A stretch of 64,000 nucleotides of DNA from Fibrobacterota bacterium (GTDB lineage: Bacteria; Fibrobacterota; Fibrobacteria; UBA11236; JADFYW01). The stretch spans positions 17,686-81,685 of the forward strand of contig JBHPJW010000002.1 of assembly GCA_042567505.1 (NCBI GenBank), in the 5' to 3' direction. A program made the translations under genes and the position numbers. Under the pieces are notes generated by a model that saw only the letters and a list, made by a program, of their open reading frames with translations, had not been told where the DNA came from and searched no databases. This document shows, one piece after another, positions 20,101-29,843 of this stretch (position 1 is its first letter; every line of letters starts with the position of its first letter).

Positions 20101-20472
20101 ATGCCAGGAAAAAAGCTGAACCAGGAAAAAACTTACCAGGGAGCGGAACGGAGAAGAGCAGCGCGCCTGACCCTTACCACCTTCTGTCCGTCCACGTTCA
20201 AGCATACCAGGAAAGAATACCCGGCGCTCATGGTCGATCTCAGCGAATACGGGGCCCAGTTCAAAGCCCTAAGCAGCAATGAAACCATGAAATTGGAAAA
20301 AGGCATGGAATTGGAGTTTTCCGTAAACACTCCTTATGGAACATCTAACTGCAAAGGCAGAGTCGCATGGCATAAAAAAATCGATGACTTCTACAGCTGG
20401 GGGGTTGAGTTCACCAATTTTTCCAAAGACGAGAAGGACCCGCTGAGGTGTTTTATCGACTCACCGTTTTAG
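20101..20472 (+). CDS. Stand-alone PilZ domain protein
   Basis: RxxxR (ERRRAAR) and DxSxxG (DLSEYG) c-di-GMP-binding motifs are intact; the end matches the WGVEF pattern. Confidence 0.85.
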   Translation: MPGKKLNQEKTYQGAERRRAARLTLTTFCPSTFKHTRKEYPALMVDLSEYGAQFKALSSNETMKLEKGMELEFSVNTPYGTSNCKGRVAWHKKIDDFYSWGVEFTNFSKDEKDPLRCFIDSPF

Positions 20473-20477
20473 GGGCA

Positions 20478-20690
20478 AGTGAAGTTGAGTTGTGAGTAAG
20501 GAGTGGGGAGTAGGGAGAAAGGAGTGAAGCTAAGAAAAAATAGAGTAACAAACTCATAATTCAGAATTGTTTGAACTGTAATCATTACTTCATCCTTCAT
20601 AAATCGTTCATCTTTGTTCGTAAATCAAATGCCCAGATTTTGAACACCCCACTCTCCCCACTCCCCACTCCCTACTTTTCACACTTCAGC
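20478..20690. repeat. Inverted arrays of purine-rich heptamers (GAGTGGG/CCCCACT-like) between convergent genes
   Basis: AGTTGTG-AGTAAGG-AGTGGGG-AGTAGGG-AGAAAGG-AGTGAAG on the left; CCCCACT-CTCCCCACT-CCCCACT-CCCTACT on the right. Confidence 0.75.
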
Positions 20691-21457
20691 CCTGCCAATA
20701 TCTCCCTCTGAATCTTCACCGCCTCATGGGTGATGGAATCATTGAACTCCCTGTCCACCGCGTGGTCGGCGGTGCAGGGATAGGCGCTCAGGCGGTTGTC
20801 TATGATAAAGGTGAGGTCATCATCGACTTCCTTGCCCGTAAGGCCCCGGCAAGTGTAATAGGTGGCGCCGCAGGGCGCGCTCACCTTCACCCTGGCCTCC
20901 GCGATAAAACCGTACTGTATATCATACTCCACTTCCGGCCTGCCAATCCTGAATTTCTCCCGGAACTCCTTCAGGATCCCGCCGGCCGGATTAAAGGAGC
21001 AGAAGGGCTTGGGAAAAGATGTCTCCACCCCGTTTTTATCACACACCCGGGTTATTTTGGCAATGAAGTTCGGGCTGATCCAGTCGCTGCCCTCGATGGG
21101 CACAATCATTCCCTTGTAGCTGGAAAACCTTTCGGCAAAGCCCAGCAACAGTTCCTCATTCACAGAGACCGCCACCACCACATCACAGGCCGGGATGTTC
21201 TTGGGCAAGTATGTGCCGGCATCATCTATCATTACCGGAAGCACTGCGGGAAGCTCTATCACTCCGGCCAGACGCTCGGAGAAATCCAGCCCGTATTTCC
21301 CGCGGCAGGCCACGCACTTGTCCTGGCAGGCTCTGCAGTAATCTCCCCGGTCGGTGAGGTGGCCGATAAACCGGCCGGCGTAGTGGGTATCCATCTTCAC
21401 CGCATAGGGGTCCTGCCCCGCCCGGTTGGGCACGCTCCTAAGTATCAGGATTCTCAT
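20672..21457 (-). CDS. DUF166-family protein
   Basis: PKPFCS, FRIGRP, SAPCGATYY and AYPCTA motifs typical of DUF166; N-terminal CxxCxxxCxxC. Confidence 0.75.
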   Translation of the reverse strand: MRILILRSVPNRAGQDPYAVKMDTHYAGRFIGHLTDRGDYCRACQDKCVACRGKYGLDFSERLAGVIELPAVLPVMIDDAGTYLPKNIPACDVVVAVSVNEELLLGFAERFSSYKGMIVPIEGSDWISPNFIAKITRVCDKNGVETSFPKPFCSFNPAGGILKEFREKFRIGRPEVEYDIQYGFIAEARVKVSAPCGATYYTCRGLTGKEVDDDLTFIIDNRLSAYPCTADHAVDREFNDSITHEAVKIQREILAGLKCEK

Positions 21458-21604
21458 AACATCAACCCGGTAAGGCCCTTTTTTCTCCTTTCATCCGGCC
21501 CGCCGGCCGGGATGCTTCCTGGAACGGCCTTGCCGGTTTTTGCCTGCTAATATAAAAAAACTGAGGTTGTGGAATTCGATGCGGAAATGATGCCGGTTTT
21601 ACTA

Positions 21605-22081
21605 TCAATCCGCCCAGGTAAAAGAAAATGAGAAGACTTTTTCGTTGCTCAGGAAAAGCCCGTAACGGCACGATTTAAAATCAAGGGCCACGGTATTGCA
21701 TACAAGCTCAAGATACTCATAATCTATTAAGCGGTTTTTCAAAACCCTCTTGTCAAAGTTGACAAACAGTTCTCTCCGTGTAATGGCAAGAGAAAACACA
21801 TATTCAATCGGACTCAGAGGATTGTTCTTATGCTTAATGGAATTATCCAGTTCTATTCCGCTCTTTAACCTTCCGCAGAGGGTCTTGACCAGCTCGAGGG
21901 TATCTATACCGAACCAGTTTCGGTTATGGAATGACCATTTCACCGCGAATTCAGGTGATACTGAAATGGAAAAATCTTCCCCCAGCTCATGGCGGGAAAG
22001 CTCCTTAATGTTATCTATAGCAGCGTAATCCACACCTGTTACAGAGTGGATGTTATTGTCAATTTTTATTTTTTCAGGCAT
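21605..22081 (-). CDS. Hypothetical protein
   Basis: 158 aa ORF in an AT-rich segment; no recognised motif. Confidence 0.55.
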   Translation of the reverse strand: MPEKIKIDNNIHSVTGVDYAAIDNIKELSRHELGEDFSISVSPEFAVKWSFHNRNWFGIDTLELVKTLCGRLKSGIELDNSIKHKNNPLSPIEYVFSLAITRRELFVNFDKRVLKNRLIDYEYLELVCNTVALDFKSCRYGLFLSNEKVFSFSFTWAD

Positions 22082-22371
22082 ATGTGCGTCTCTTTTCTAA
22101 GTATATCAGAAACCGGGAAAAATTCAGTGACTCCTGTCACGTACGGGGCAAATAACATTCGTCCACTGATGCCAAACAGTGCTAACTGTTTGTTAAAACC
22201 ATGGTAACCGGGAACAGATATTTGAGTCCAAAAAATCAACCATTTTAGAGGGCGAGGACAAAAAAAGCCAACAAAAAAACACATTTCACTATATATTATA
22301 ATGGGGCGAATAAAATGCTTTCTCACTATTCTGCTACTGTTATTTAGACCAAATACTTTTAAGGAGGAATT

Positions 22372-24036
22372 ATGAAATATTTACTATCATCTCTGGCGTT
22401 TCTGATGGTGTATACATACAGCCAGGAGCCGGTTCTGCAGGACCTTACCTTTGTGGAATCATCAGAAACCTTTGTAAATCCTGAGCGGGGATTCCACCGG
22501 TTCCAGACCCTGACCTCGGGAAATTTCAGCTCGCTCAGAGGTTCGGGCAATACCCTTATCTACGGAAGAATAGATGCCTCCGGTTACCGCAACGGCCCCT
22601 TTCCCGATTCTTTTCTGGAGCAAATAAGACAGGGATTTGCCAATGTCCGCAGCGCAGGCATCAAGGTTAACCCAAGAGTGGTGTACACTGAATCCATAGG
22701 AAACCCGGACGCCCCGATTGACGTGGTGTTAAACCATATAGAACAGCTGGGTCCCATATGGCAGGAAAACGTGGATGTGATCAATGTGCTGGACCCGGGT
22801 TTTATCGGGGCCTGGGGGGAATGGCACAGCTCCACCAACAACCTCAATAGCGAGGAGAACATGAATGCCATCATCGAAGCCCTGCTGGAAAATCTTCCTG
22901 AGGAACGGATGATGCTGGTGCGTCAGCCCCATTTCAAACGGCGCTACGTGTCCGGCGACTCATGGGACGAAAACGCCGTGCTGTCAGAGGCTGAGGCCTT
23001 TAGCGGCACTCCCATCGCGCGGATCGGTCATCTCAATGACTGTTTCCTCTCCTCGGACAACGATGTAGGCACCTATACCAACTGGAACCTGCAGGAAGAA
23101 CTGGCTTACCTGGAACAGGAGTCCCGGTACGTGACCTGGGGAGGAGAGACCTGCAGCACTCATGAACGCAATGACTGCGACAACACCCTGACGGAGATGG
23201 CCATCATCCATGTGAATTACTTGAACAGGGACTATAACGGCAGCGTCATCAGCAAATGGGAAAGCCAGGGCTGTTACGACGAAATCGAACGCAGGCTGGG
23301 CTACCGGTTTGTGCTGACGGGCGCCCGCATCGCCGACGCGGTAAAACCCGGCGGGACCATGCAGCTCTCCTTTACCATAAACAACGTGGGCTTTGGCGAA
23401 TTGTTCAATCCCCGATATGCGGAGGTGGTACTCAGCAACGGCTCCGCAGAACATGTGGCTGTTCTCGACACCGACCCCAGGTTCTGGAGCGCCGGACAGG
23501 AAAGTACCGTGAACGTCTCCCTGAGCATACCAACCACCATGGCGGAGGGCACCTATTCCGTGGGCCTGCGTATGCCTGATCTGTCGGCATCCATACATGA
23601 TGACCCCAGATACGCCATCCGCTTCGCCAACCAGGGCGTGTGGGACGACGCCACCGGCATCAACACCCTCAAGTCCGACTTTTCCATTTCCAGCTCGGCC
23701 CCGGGCGCCGTAGATCCGAGCTTTACAGATTTCGCCCAGATCGGCGGGACCGTGCCGGTCGGCCGCAACCAGCCGAGCCGTTCCCCTGTCCACACGGCCG
23801 TGTCGGGAAACGAACTCATTCATGGTTACAGCCTGGACAAGCCTTCCCTGGTATCCGTCGCGGTCCTTTCCGTGAATGGAAAACGGTTGTCCCAACTCTG
23901 GTCCGGCCGCCGGGAAGCAGGCGATCACAGCCACGCCTTTTCCCTGCAAGGGCTCACGCCGGGCCTGCATGTGCTGGAAACAAAGATTGGCGGGAAAGCC
24001 ATCCTGAGCAAGTTTGTAGTAGTTGACGGCAAGTAA
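22372..24036 (+). CDS. Secreted DUF4874/DUF4832-domain protein (putative glycoside-hydrolase-like) with C-terminal secretion-type domain
   Basis: AAGGAGG RBS, signal peptide, NPERGF, GFIGAWGEWH, RIGHLNDCFL, GGETC and RLGYRFVL motifs. Confidence 0.85.
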   Translation: MKYLLSSLAFLMVYTYSQEPVLQDLTFVESSETFVNPERGFHRFQTLTSGNFSSLRGSGNTLIYGRIDASGYRNGPFPDSFLEQIRQGFANVRSAGIKVNPRVVYTESIGNPDAPIDVVLNHIEQLGPIWQENVDVINVLDPGFIGAWGEWHSSTNNLNSEENMNAIIEALLENLPEERMMLVRQPHFKRRYVSGDSWDENAVLSEAEAFSGTPIARIGHLNDCFLSSDNDVGTYTNWNLQEELAYLEQESRYVTWGGETCSTHERNDCDNTLTEMAIIHVNYLNRDYNGSVISKWESQGCYDEIERRLGYRFVLTGARIADAVKPGGTMQLSFTINNVGFGELFNPRYAEVVLSNGSAEHVAVLDTDPRFWSAGQESTVNVSLSIPTTMAEGTYSVGLRMPDLSASIHDDPRYAIRFANQGVWDDATGINTLKSDFSISSSAPGAVDPSFTDFAQIGGTVPVGRNQPSRSPVHTAVSGNELIHGYSLDKPSLVSVAVLSVNGKRLSQLWSGRREAGDHSHAFSLQGLTPGLHVLETKIGGKAILSKFVVVDGK

Positions 24037-24075
24037 GGTGCGGCAGAGTATCTATCCGAAAATATAATCAGAAGG

Positions 24076-24121
24076 AGCGCACCAGTAGGCGGGATTCATG
24101 AATCCCGCCTACTGGTGCGCT
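24076..24121. repeat. Perfect 46-bp palindrome (GTAG-type REP-like / bidirectional terminator)
   Basis: AGCGCACCAGTAGGCGGGATTCATGAATCCCGCCTACTGGTGCGCT is self-complementary and lies between convergent genes. Confidence 0.85.
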
Positions 24122-24155
24122 TCCGTTTTTCTTAATTATGCTTCAACCACCACCC

Positions 24156-25882
24156 TCATTGCTGCCGGGAAAGTTGCAGGACGGTCCTGAATCCCACGAA
24201 ATTGCTCTTCCAGCCAGCTCCCCCAAAACCCCGCTTGGCTGACCTCAATTCCGAGATGTCATCGGTCCAGCTTCCCCCCCTGATGACCCTCACCTCCGTT
24301 ACCACGCTTTCCGGGCCGGTGGGATTGTTCTGCGGACTGTTGCCGTAATAAGTGGCGTCATACCAGTCGTTGCACCATTCCCACACATTGCCCGCCATGT
24401 CATGGAGATTATACGCGTTGGGAAGCTTGGTGGCGGCAGTTTTCGTGCCTCCGTTGGAAGTGCTGTCATACCAGGCGTAAGAGCTGTGGGTGGTGTCTTC
24501 CCAGTAATAGGCCGAAGTGGTCCGGGCCCGGCAGGCGTATTCCCATTCCGCCTCAGTGGGCAGACGGTATCCCATCACATTATAATCCATGGCCAGGTCC
24601 TGCAGGTTTGTGCAGCCTTTGCCTGGATGGCCTTCAATTTCTGAATAACCATACACCGTATCCAGGCCGTGAAGCACGCTGAGTTTATTGCAGTACAGGA
24701 CCGCATCAAACCAGGTCACCGACTCCACCGGGTACTCTGCCCCGGTGAAGTAAGACGGATTTTCGTACGACTCAAATTCAAAAACATCGAGGTATTCTCT
24801 CTGGAAGACCTCGGCACTGTCTATCATGAAACCATTTATAAACACCGAGTGCGCAGGGGCTTCATCCGCGTCTCCAGTATCTGATCCCATAACGAAGGTA
24901 TACGGCGGCAATTCTTTTAATTTGGGATTTATTGAGTAAACCTTGACCATGTCTGTGGCCTGGTTTCCATCATCATCCGTAACACGCAGAATACATTCGT
25001 AAATCATGCTGGAATCAACGGCAAAAGAGAATAGGCTCGTATCGCTCTCCACAAAATTTCCGTTATTCATGATATCCCATTCCCATCTGACTATCGCCCC
25101 TCTTTCCTCCCTGACAACTCCCTGTAAATGAGCTGTTTCTCCCGGAGGAACGACCTGGTCTTTCCCCGCGTCAATCACAGGCACGTCCGCCAACACCTCG
25201 ATAAGCACGTCTTCCGCGACTTTCTCCCCGCCGGACAGGGTGATTCTCAAGATACAGGTGTAATGCAAGTCCTCTGTGGAGGGAACCGTGATCTGAGTGT
25301 CCGGGCCGGAGGTCTGCACAAATTCACCTGTCATGCCTATGTCCCATTCATACATAATGATGGAATCAGCGATGACTTCGATATGAGGGACCAGTTGCAC
25401 CACATCCTTTATGGTTACCGTGGTGTCCTCCCCCGCGCTGAACGCCAGCAGGTTCCGGTGCAGCACCTGCACGGCCCAGAAGAGCTCGTCCGTGGCATTG
25501 GAGTCATCCTTCACCTGGACCGTAAAAAAATGCAGGCCCACGTCTTCCTCCGTGGGCGCCCACTGCAGGGCGCCGGTCATGACCTCCACAGACATGGTGT
25601 CACGGCCCTCAATCATCTCATACTGCAGGCCCAACTCCTGGTCGAGGTCGGATGCCCGCACCGTATCGGTGTAGACATCGCCCAGGAGAACCGAATCGAG
25701 AAGCTCCTGTCTCCGGGTCAGGAATTCAGGCGCCACATTATACCGCGAGTCAAGCACTTCAAGATACCAGGACAGGGTGTCGGCCGCCCCGTCCTGATCA
25801 AGGACGTAAGCGTACAAGGGCAGCATGCCGGTATCGGCAAGGGAGGGGATGAAGGAGATGGTGGAGTCATCTATCATCTGCA
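24156..25882 (-). CDS. C-terminal part of a split lipoprotein gene: Ig/PKD-like repeats plus formylglycine-generating enzyme (FGE/SUMF1) domain
   Basis: FVMGS, PVESVTWFDA..YCN, YRLPTEAEWEYACRA, PNAYNLHDMAGNVWEW, RGGSW and GFR motifs. Confidence 0.85.
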
Positions 25883-27216
25883 GGGGGGGGGCTCGCTGTA
25901 AAATAAACAATATTGGATGAGTCGTTGTCATCGGCCCGAAGCACTTTTGCATATGTCTGCCCGGCCTTTATCCTCCCTTCCAGGTTTTCGGTGACGGTGA
26001 GGAAATAGGGAGGATGATTGGAAATGTCCACATATTGCGGGTCGTAGAAAAGCACCAGGGTATCGGAACCGGTATTCTCATACCCGCTGCTGTCAACAGC
26101 CGTAATGACTATCGTATTTTCGTTGGAGTCCAGGAAGAAGCCCTCCTTTTCCCAGTAACCGCCCGTCACTTCAACCGCATGCAGTCCCACGGAAAACTGT
26201 TTAACACCGCTGGTATCGTGTACCATCCCAAAGAGCTTGATGACCTTCAGGTTTACCGTGTCCGGATTGCTGTGGGACAGGACGGAGACAACCGGCGGCT
26301 CCCTGTCAGGTCTATGGTCGTAGAACACCACCAGTTCCACATCAACGGCATTCCGGTGTTCGCTGCCGTCAACGGCGGTGAGGACGATGGTGTTCAGGCC
26401 AGAGTCGAGCGCAAAGCCGCTTTTCTCCCAGTACTGCTCCTGGAGATCAACCGGGACGGAATCCACAAAAAACTCCAGCACGCCATTAGTGTCGTTCACC
26501 GTTCCGAAGATATCTATGGTCCCGGAGGTCACCGTGTCGGGATTGGCATGGGACCGGATGCTTATGGAGGGGGGTATGCTGTCGTAGGGATGGGTGACGG
26601 CATGGGCGTACAAGCCGTAAGCGGAGTTGCCGCCATCGTTTGCAGCGCACACCCGGTACTGGTAGAAAGATTCCGGCGCCAGGTTCGAGTCAATGAACGA
26701 TGTTTCTGAGGTGCGGCCCGTTTCCTCAAAGCCCGAAGAAGAGTCCGGCCTTCGCTCTACGACGAACAGATCATGGAAGTCCGACTCCAATTCCCATTTC
26801 AGTTCAACCTTGTCATGGGAAACGGCCAGGGCCGAAAGGTGGCCGGGAACGGGAGGAGGAAGCAGGCAGGCCTGGATCTCCACGGAACTGTTTTCATCGG
26901 ACAGCTCTTCCAGGTTGAGGCTGCCGGAATAGACCACCCTGCCCTGCCCGTCAATGCCTTCCACCACGATAGTGAGGCTAATGCCCTGAGGAAGGGCTTT
27001 TATGCTCCCTTTCCCGGCGGAATAGTTAAAAGTTTTAACCCAGTCGGAAGAAAATCCGGGCGATTGCAGAGTTATCCTGACGCTGTCCACCGCTCCCGGA
27101 GTAACGGCCTGGTCCCCGTTCATCCAGACGATCCTGGGGATTATCTGTACGCGATCAGGCTCCGGTTTGTTAAATAAACACCCAAAAAACATCATAAACA
27201 GGATAATAAGGCGCAT
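25867..27216 (-). CDS. N-terminal part of the split lipoprotein gene (lipobox, FN3 domain, two Ig-like repeats)
   Basis: MRLIILFMMFFGC lipobox; FN3 motif (L.W......F.VER...F.D..L.P...Y.YRV.A.N); repeated PP.I...SH.NPDTV units. Confidence 0.8.
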   Translation of the reverse strand: MRLIILFMMFFGCLFNKPEPDRVQIIPRIVWMNGDQAVTPGAVDSVRITLQSPGFSSDWVKTFNYSAGKGSIKALPQGISLTIVVEGIDGQGRVVYSGSLNLEELSDENSSVEIQACLLPPPVPGHLSALAVSHDKVELKWELESDFHDLFVVERRPDSSSGFEETGRTSETSFIDSNLAPESFYQYRVCAANDGGNSAYGLYAHAVTHPYDSIPPSISIRSHANPDTVTSGTIDIFGTVNDTNGVLEFFVDSVPVDLQEQYWEKSGFALDSGLNTIVLTAVDGSEHRNAVDVELVVFYDHRPDREPPVVSVLSHSNPDTVNLKVIKLFGMVHDTSGVKQFSVGLHAVEVTGGYWEKEGFFLDSNENTIVITAVDSSGYENTGSDTLVLFYDPQYVDISNHPPYFLTVTENLEGRIKAGQTYAKVLRADDNDSSNIVYFTASPPPADDR

Positions 27217-27229
27217 GCAGGTCCTTCTG

Positions 27230-27568
27230 TCACCATTCCATCTCAATGTCCACCGGTGACGATTCCTCTTTATTGTAATATTTGGAAAACAAATAAAAGG
27301 CGGTGATAGTGGCCGCAAAAACACTCAGAATAAGCGCTCCCGATAGTTTTGCGGAAATGTTGGGATCAGTTTTTTTCAATTGGCCCGCATTATTTTCCAC
27401 GGGAACAGGCTGGGGTTCGGCCTCCGGCGCTTCCTTCTCCTTGGGAGCGTCTTCAACCACCGAATCCTCTTTGAGCTCGCTCCCATAGCCGTATCCGATA
27501 ATGAGGATCGGTATCAGGATAAGTGACACCGCTTTCAGGCCAAGCCTCGGCGTATGGAAAAAGGCCAT
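27230..27568 (-). CDS. Small hypothetical membrane protein
   Basis: 112 aa with two hydrophobic segments; 13 bp upstream of the lipoprotein start. Confidence 0.6.
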   Translation of the reverse strand: MAFFHTPRLGLKAVSLILIPILIIGYGYGSELKEDSVVEDAPKEKEAPEAEPQPVPVENNAGQLKKTDPNISAKLSGALILSVFAATITAFYLFSKYYNKEESSPVDIEMEW

Positions 27569-27978
27569 GGTATTTGTTTTACTACGGCTTTGAAAAGCTA
27601 TTTAATTATCTAATTATATGGGAAGGAGCCCGAAAGAGTCAAGATCTTTCCTTTTGGCCATCTACCCTCCCGGGAAGAATAACAGGGCGAAAATCTTTAT
27701 CAACAGGAAGAAAGGAAACAGTATGTGCGGAGGCCTCCGTTTGCTTTTCCACCATGGGTCAGATCTGTATTAACTTCTGAATGACTTTCCGGATGAATCA
27801 GCTCAAATGGGCCGGACCCTCTGCTGTTCTCTGAACGGTTCATAATTGCATACCTGTTTTTCTGTTCAACCTCTTTTCAAACGTCAACAAGGCATCCTTG
27901 TAATGGTAAAAAACCGTCCTGTATTGAAAGTGTTTTTTCATCCTTACCCTGTTCCTTGATGCCTGTAGAATTGCTATC

Positions 27979-29724
27979 TTGACTGCATACATGCTTAACC
28001 AGAATGTGAAAACCTCCCAGATAATCTCAGCGCCGGAATCGCTGACCAATGTACTTGGCGTGGTTTATATTCATAAAAAAGCCAGGGACGGAGGGGATCT
28101 CTACCTCACCCGCTTTGGCATTCAAAGGGCCGGCCTGCTTGAAATTGAAAACTGGTATGACAAAACATGGTTTTATTCCCGCGGGGAACAGCTGGAAGGC
28201 ACAAGCTCGGTATTCCGGGTGCCCACTAAGGAAGTAAAAGGAAAAAGCATCGAGCTGGTCGTTAAAAACTGCCGTGTGGGTGAAGACGTTCCCCTCGAGA
28301 CCAAGACCCTCCTCGAATTCATTAACACCGAGTTCAACAGCCCCTGGGAGGAATTCGCCCTGGTCATGGAGATGCGGGACGGAGCATACGGCCCCGGGAA
28401 TTATTCCATAAGAACCCAGGAGCCCCTGGCCATCTATGTTCCTCCGGAGAGGATGCAGCTCTGGCAAAGCGGCAGATCCAAAGATAAAGTCAACCGCATC
28501 AAGTCCAGGCACCCCGGCATAGAGCTGGACATCCTGCGGCAATACAAACTAATATACGGATGGATCAAAGGAAAAAATATCATTGAGGTCTTTGAGCTAA
28601 TGGGACTGAAAGGCGCGGCTCTAAAAAAAAACCTCAGGCCGATTACCCTGCGCGCTATTGCAGATCTTGACCGGAAAGGCTACGCGGTTGCGGACATGAA
28701 ACCCGAACACATCATCATCGCTGAAAATGACTTGAAGCCTGTTGAGCAAGAACCGGACGCGGCAAACGGCGCCGGCAATCAGAAGGACATTGAATACCTG
28801 CATTCCCTCATCGAGCAGTACCGTTATTCCGTTGTAGATTATGAACTGCTCGTACGTACGCCGGACCATGAAAAAGAAGTAAAGGCGGCCCGCCGTCATT
28901 CATATCTATTAGATCAACGCGACCGTTACGTCGCCACGGACACTCCATCCCACCTTCGGAAAATGGACATCTTCGGCGTCCCCTATGTATACGGCAAGGC
29001 CGAAAGCACGGACGGAAGGCTCTGGGTAGTAGGCGCCAACTCCCGTTTGTTCGATTATTTCCTGCCGGAGCGGTGGCGTAATACGGAAGGCTGGAAGCTT
29101 TCAGACAGGAATGATATTTTTTATTCACATACAAAAGACGATTTGCACATTGTTTGGAAAACTTCCCTGGTAGGAGACATCCCTTCCCCCGGTTTATGGT
29201 ATAAAGCCTGGGACAATGTGGCGCTCTACGGTTTCAACAGTCCCTTTGAGGAATTCGCAATTGCTGACTACCTCAACAAATGCGGCATACAAACCGTATA
29301 CACCAGGGCCATCTATATGACCGGCAGTAAAAAACTAAACCAACCGCTTGACTTGTCTAGATACGAAACACATAGGCTTTTTACTTGCCCCGACGGTTTC
29401 CCGGTGCTCTCCAAGGACCATAATTATATAACCATCCGTGGTTACTTCAACGGGCCTGACGAATGGGTGGCTCTCCAGAAGGGGAAATTATACCGGCCCA
29501 TAAGTCTTTCCAGAGCGCTTGTCAACCATGCAATATCACAAGAAGAATACAATTCCATTTTCAATACCCTGCTGGAAAAATTAAATGACGCCGGCGTCGA
29601 TGGGTCGCTCCTGAAAGGCAATGATGTCCTTCTGGCTTTTGACCCGGCTCATAGACTTGTCCGGGACAAACAGGAAAAGCCCGAAGCCAGGATATGCAAC
29701 TTTGAGAGGCTGTACCGGAGGTAA
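27979..29724 (+). CDS. Hypothetical protein with two tandem protein-kinase-like (Kdo/RIO-like) domains
   Basis: Internal duplication FNSPWEEF / FNSPFEEF; VVK/VWK lysine; ADMKPEH catalytic-loop-like motif and VDYE. The start may be the ATG at 27991. Confidence 0.65.
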   Translation: MTAYMLNQNVKTSQIISAPESLTNVLGVVYIHKKARDGGDLYLTRFGIQRAGLLEIENWYDKTWFYSRGEQLEGTSSVFRVPTKEVKGKSIELVVKNCRVGEDVPLETKTLLEFINTEFNSPWEEFALVMEMRDGAYGPGNYSIRTQEPLAIYVPPERMQLWQSGRSKDKVNRIKSRHPGIELDILRQYKLIYGWIKGKNIIEVFELMGLKGAALKKNLRPITLRAIADLDRKGYAVADMKPEHIIIAENDLKPVEQEPDAANGAGNQKDIEYLHSLIEQYRYSVVDYELLVRTPDHEKEVKAARRHSYLLDQRDRYVATDTPSHLRKMDIFGVPYVYGKAESTDGRLWVVGANSRLFDYFLPERWRNTEGWKLSDRNDIFYSHTKDDLHIVWKTSLVGDIPSPGLWYKAWDNVALYGFNSPFEEFAIADYLNKCGIQTVYTRAIYMTGSKKLNQPLDLSRYETHRLFTCPDGFPVLSKDHNYITIRGYFNGPDEWVALQKGKLYRPISLSRALVNHAISQEEYNSIFNTLLEKLNDAGVDGSLLKGNDVLLAFDPAHRLVRDKQEKPEARICNFERLYRR

Positions 29725-29843
29725 GCGGCTGATATCCCCTTAAGCGCCCATGCGCAGCACGAACTCCTGAACACTCCGATGCATGAATCCGCTCAGATGG
29801 GACCGGTGTGCAGCTTCTGTTCTCCGAACGGGGCCGATTTGCA

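Larger units (their letters stand above)
24156..27216 (-). pseudogene. Frameshifted (or phase-variable) ~1019-aa surface lipoprotein with FN3, Ig-like and FGE domains
   Basis: Removing one base from the G9 tract at 25883-25891 joins ...FTASPP to LQMIDDSTISF..., giving one 3060-nt frame from the ATG at 27216. Confidence 0.75.
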
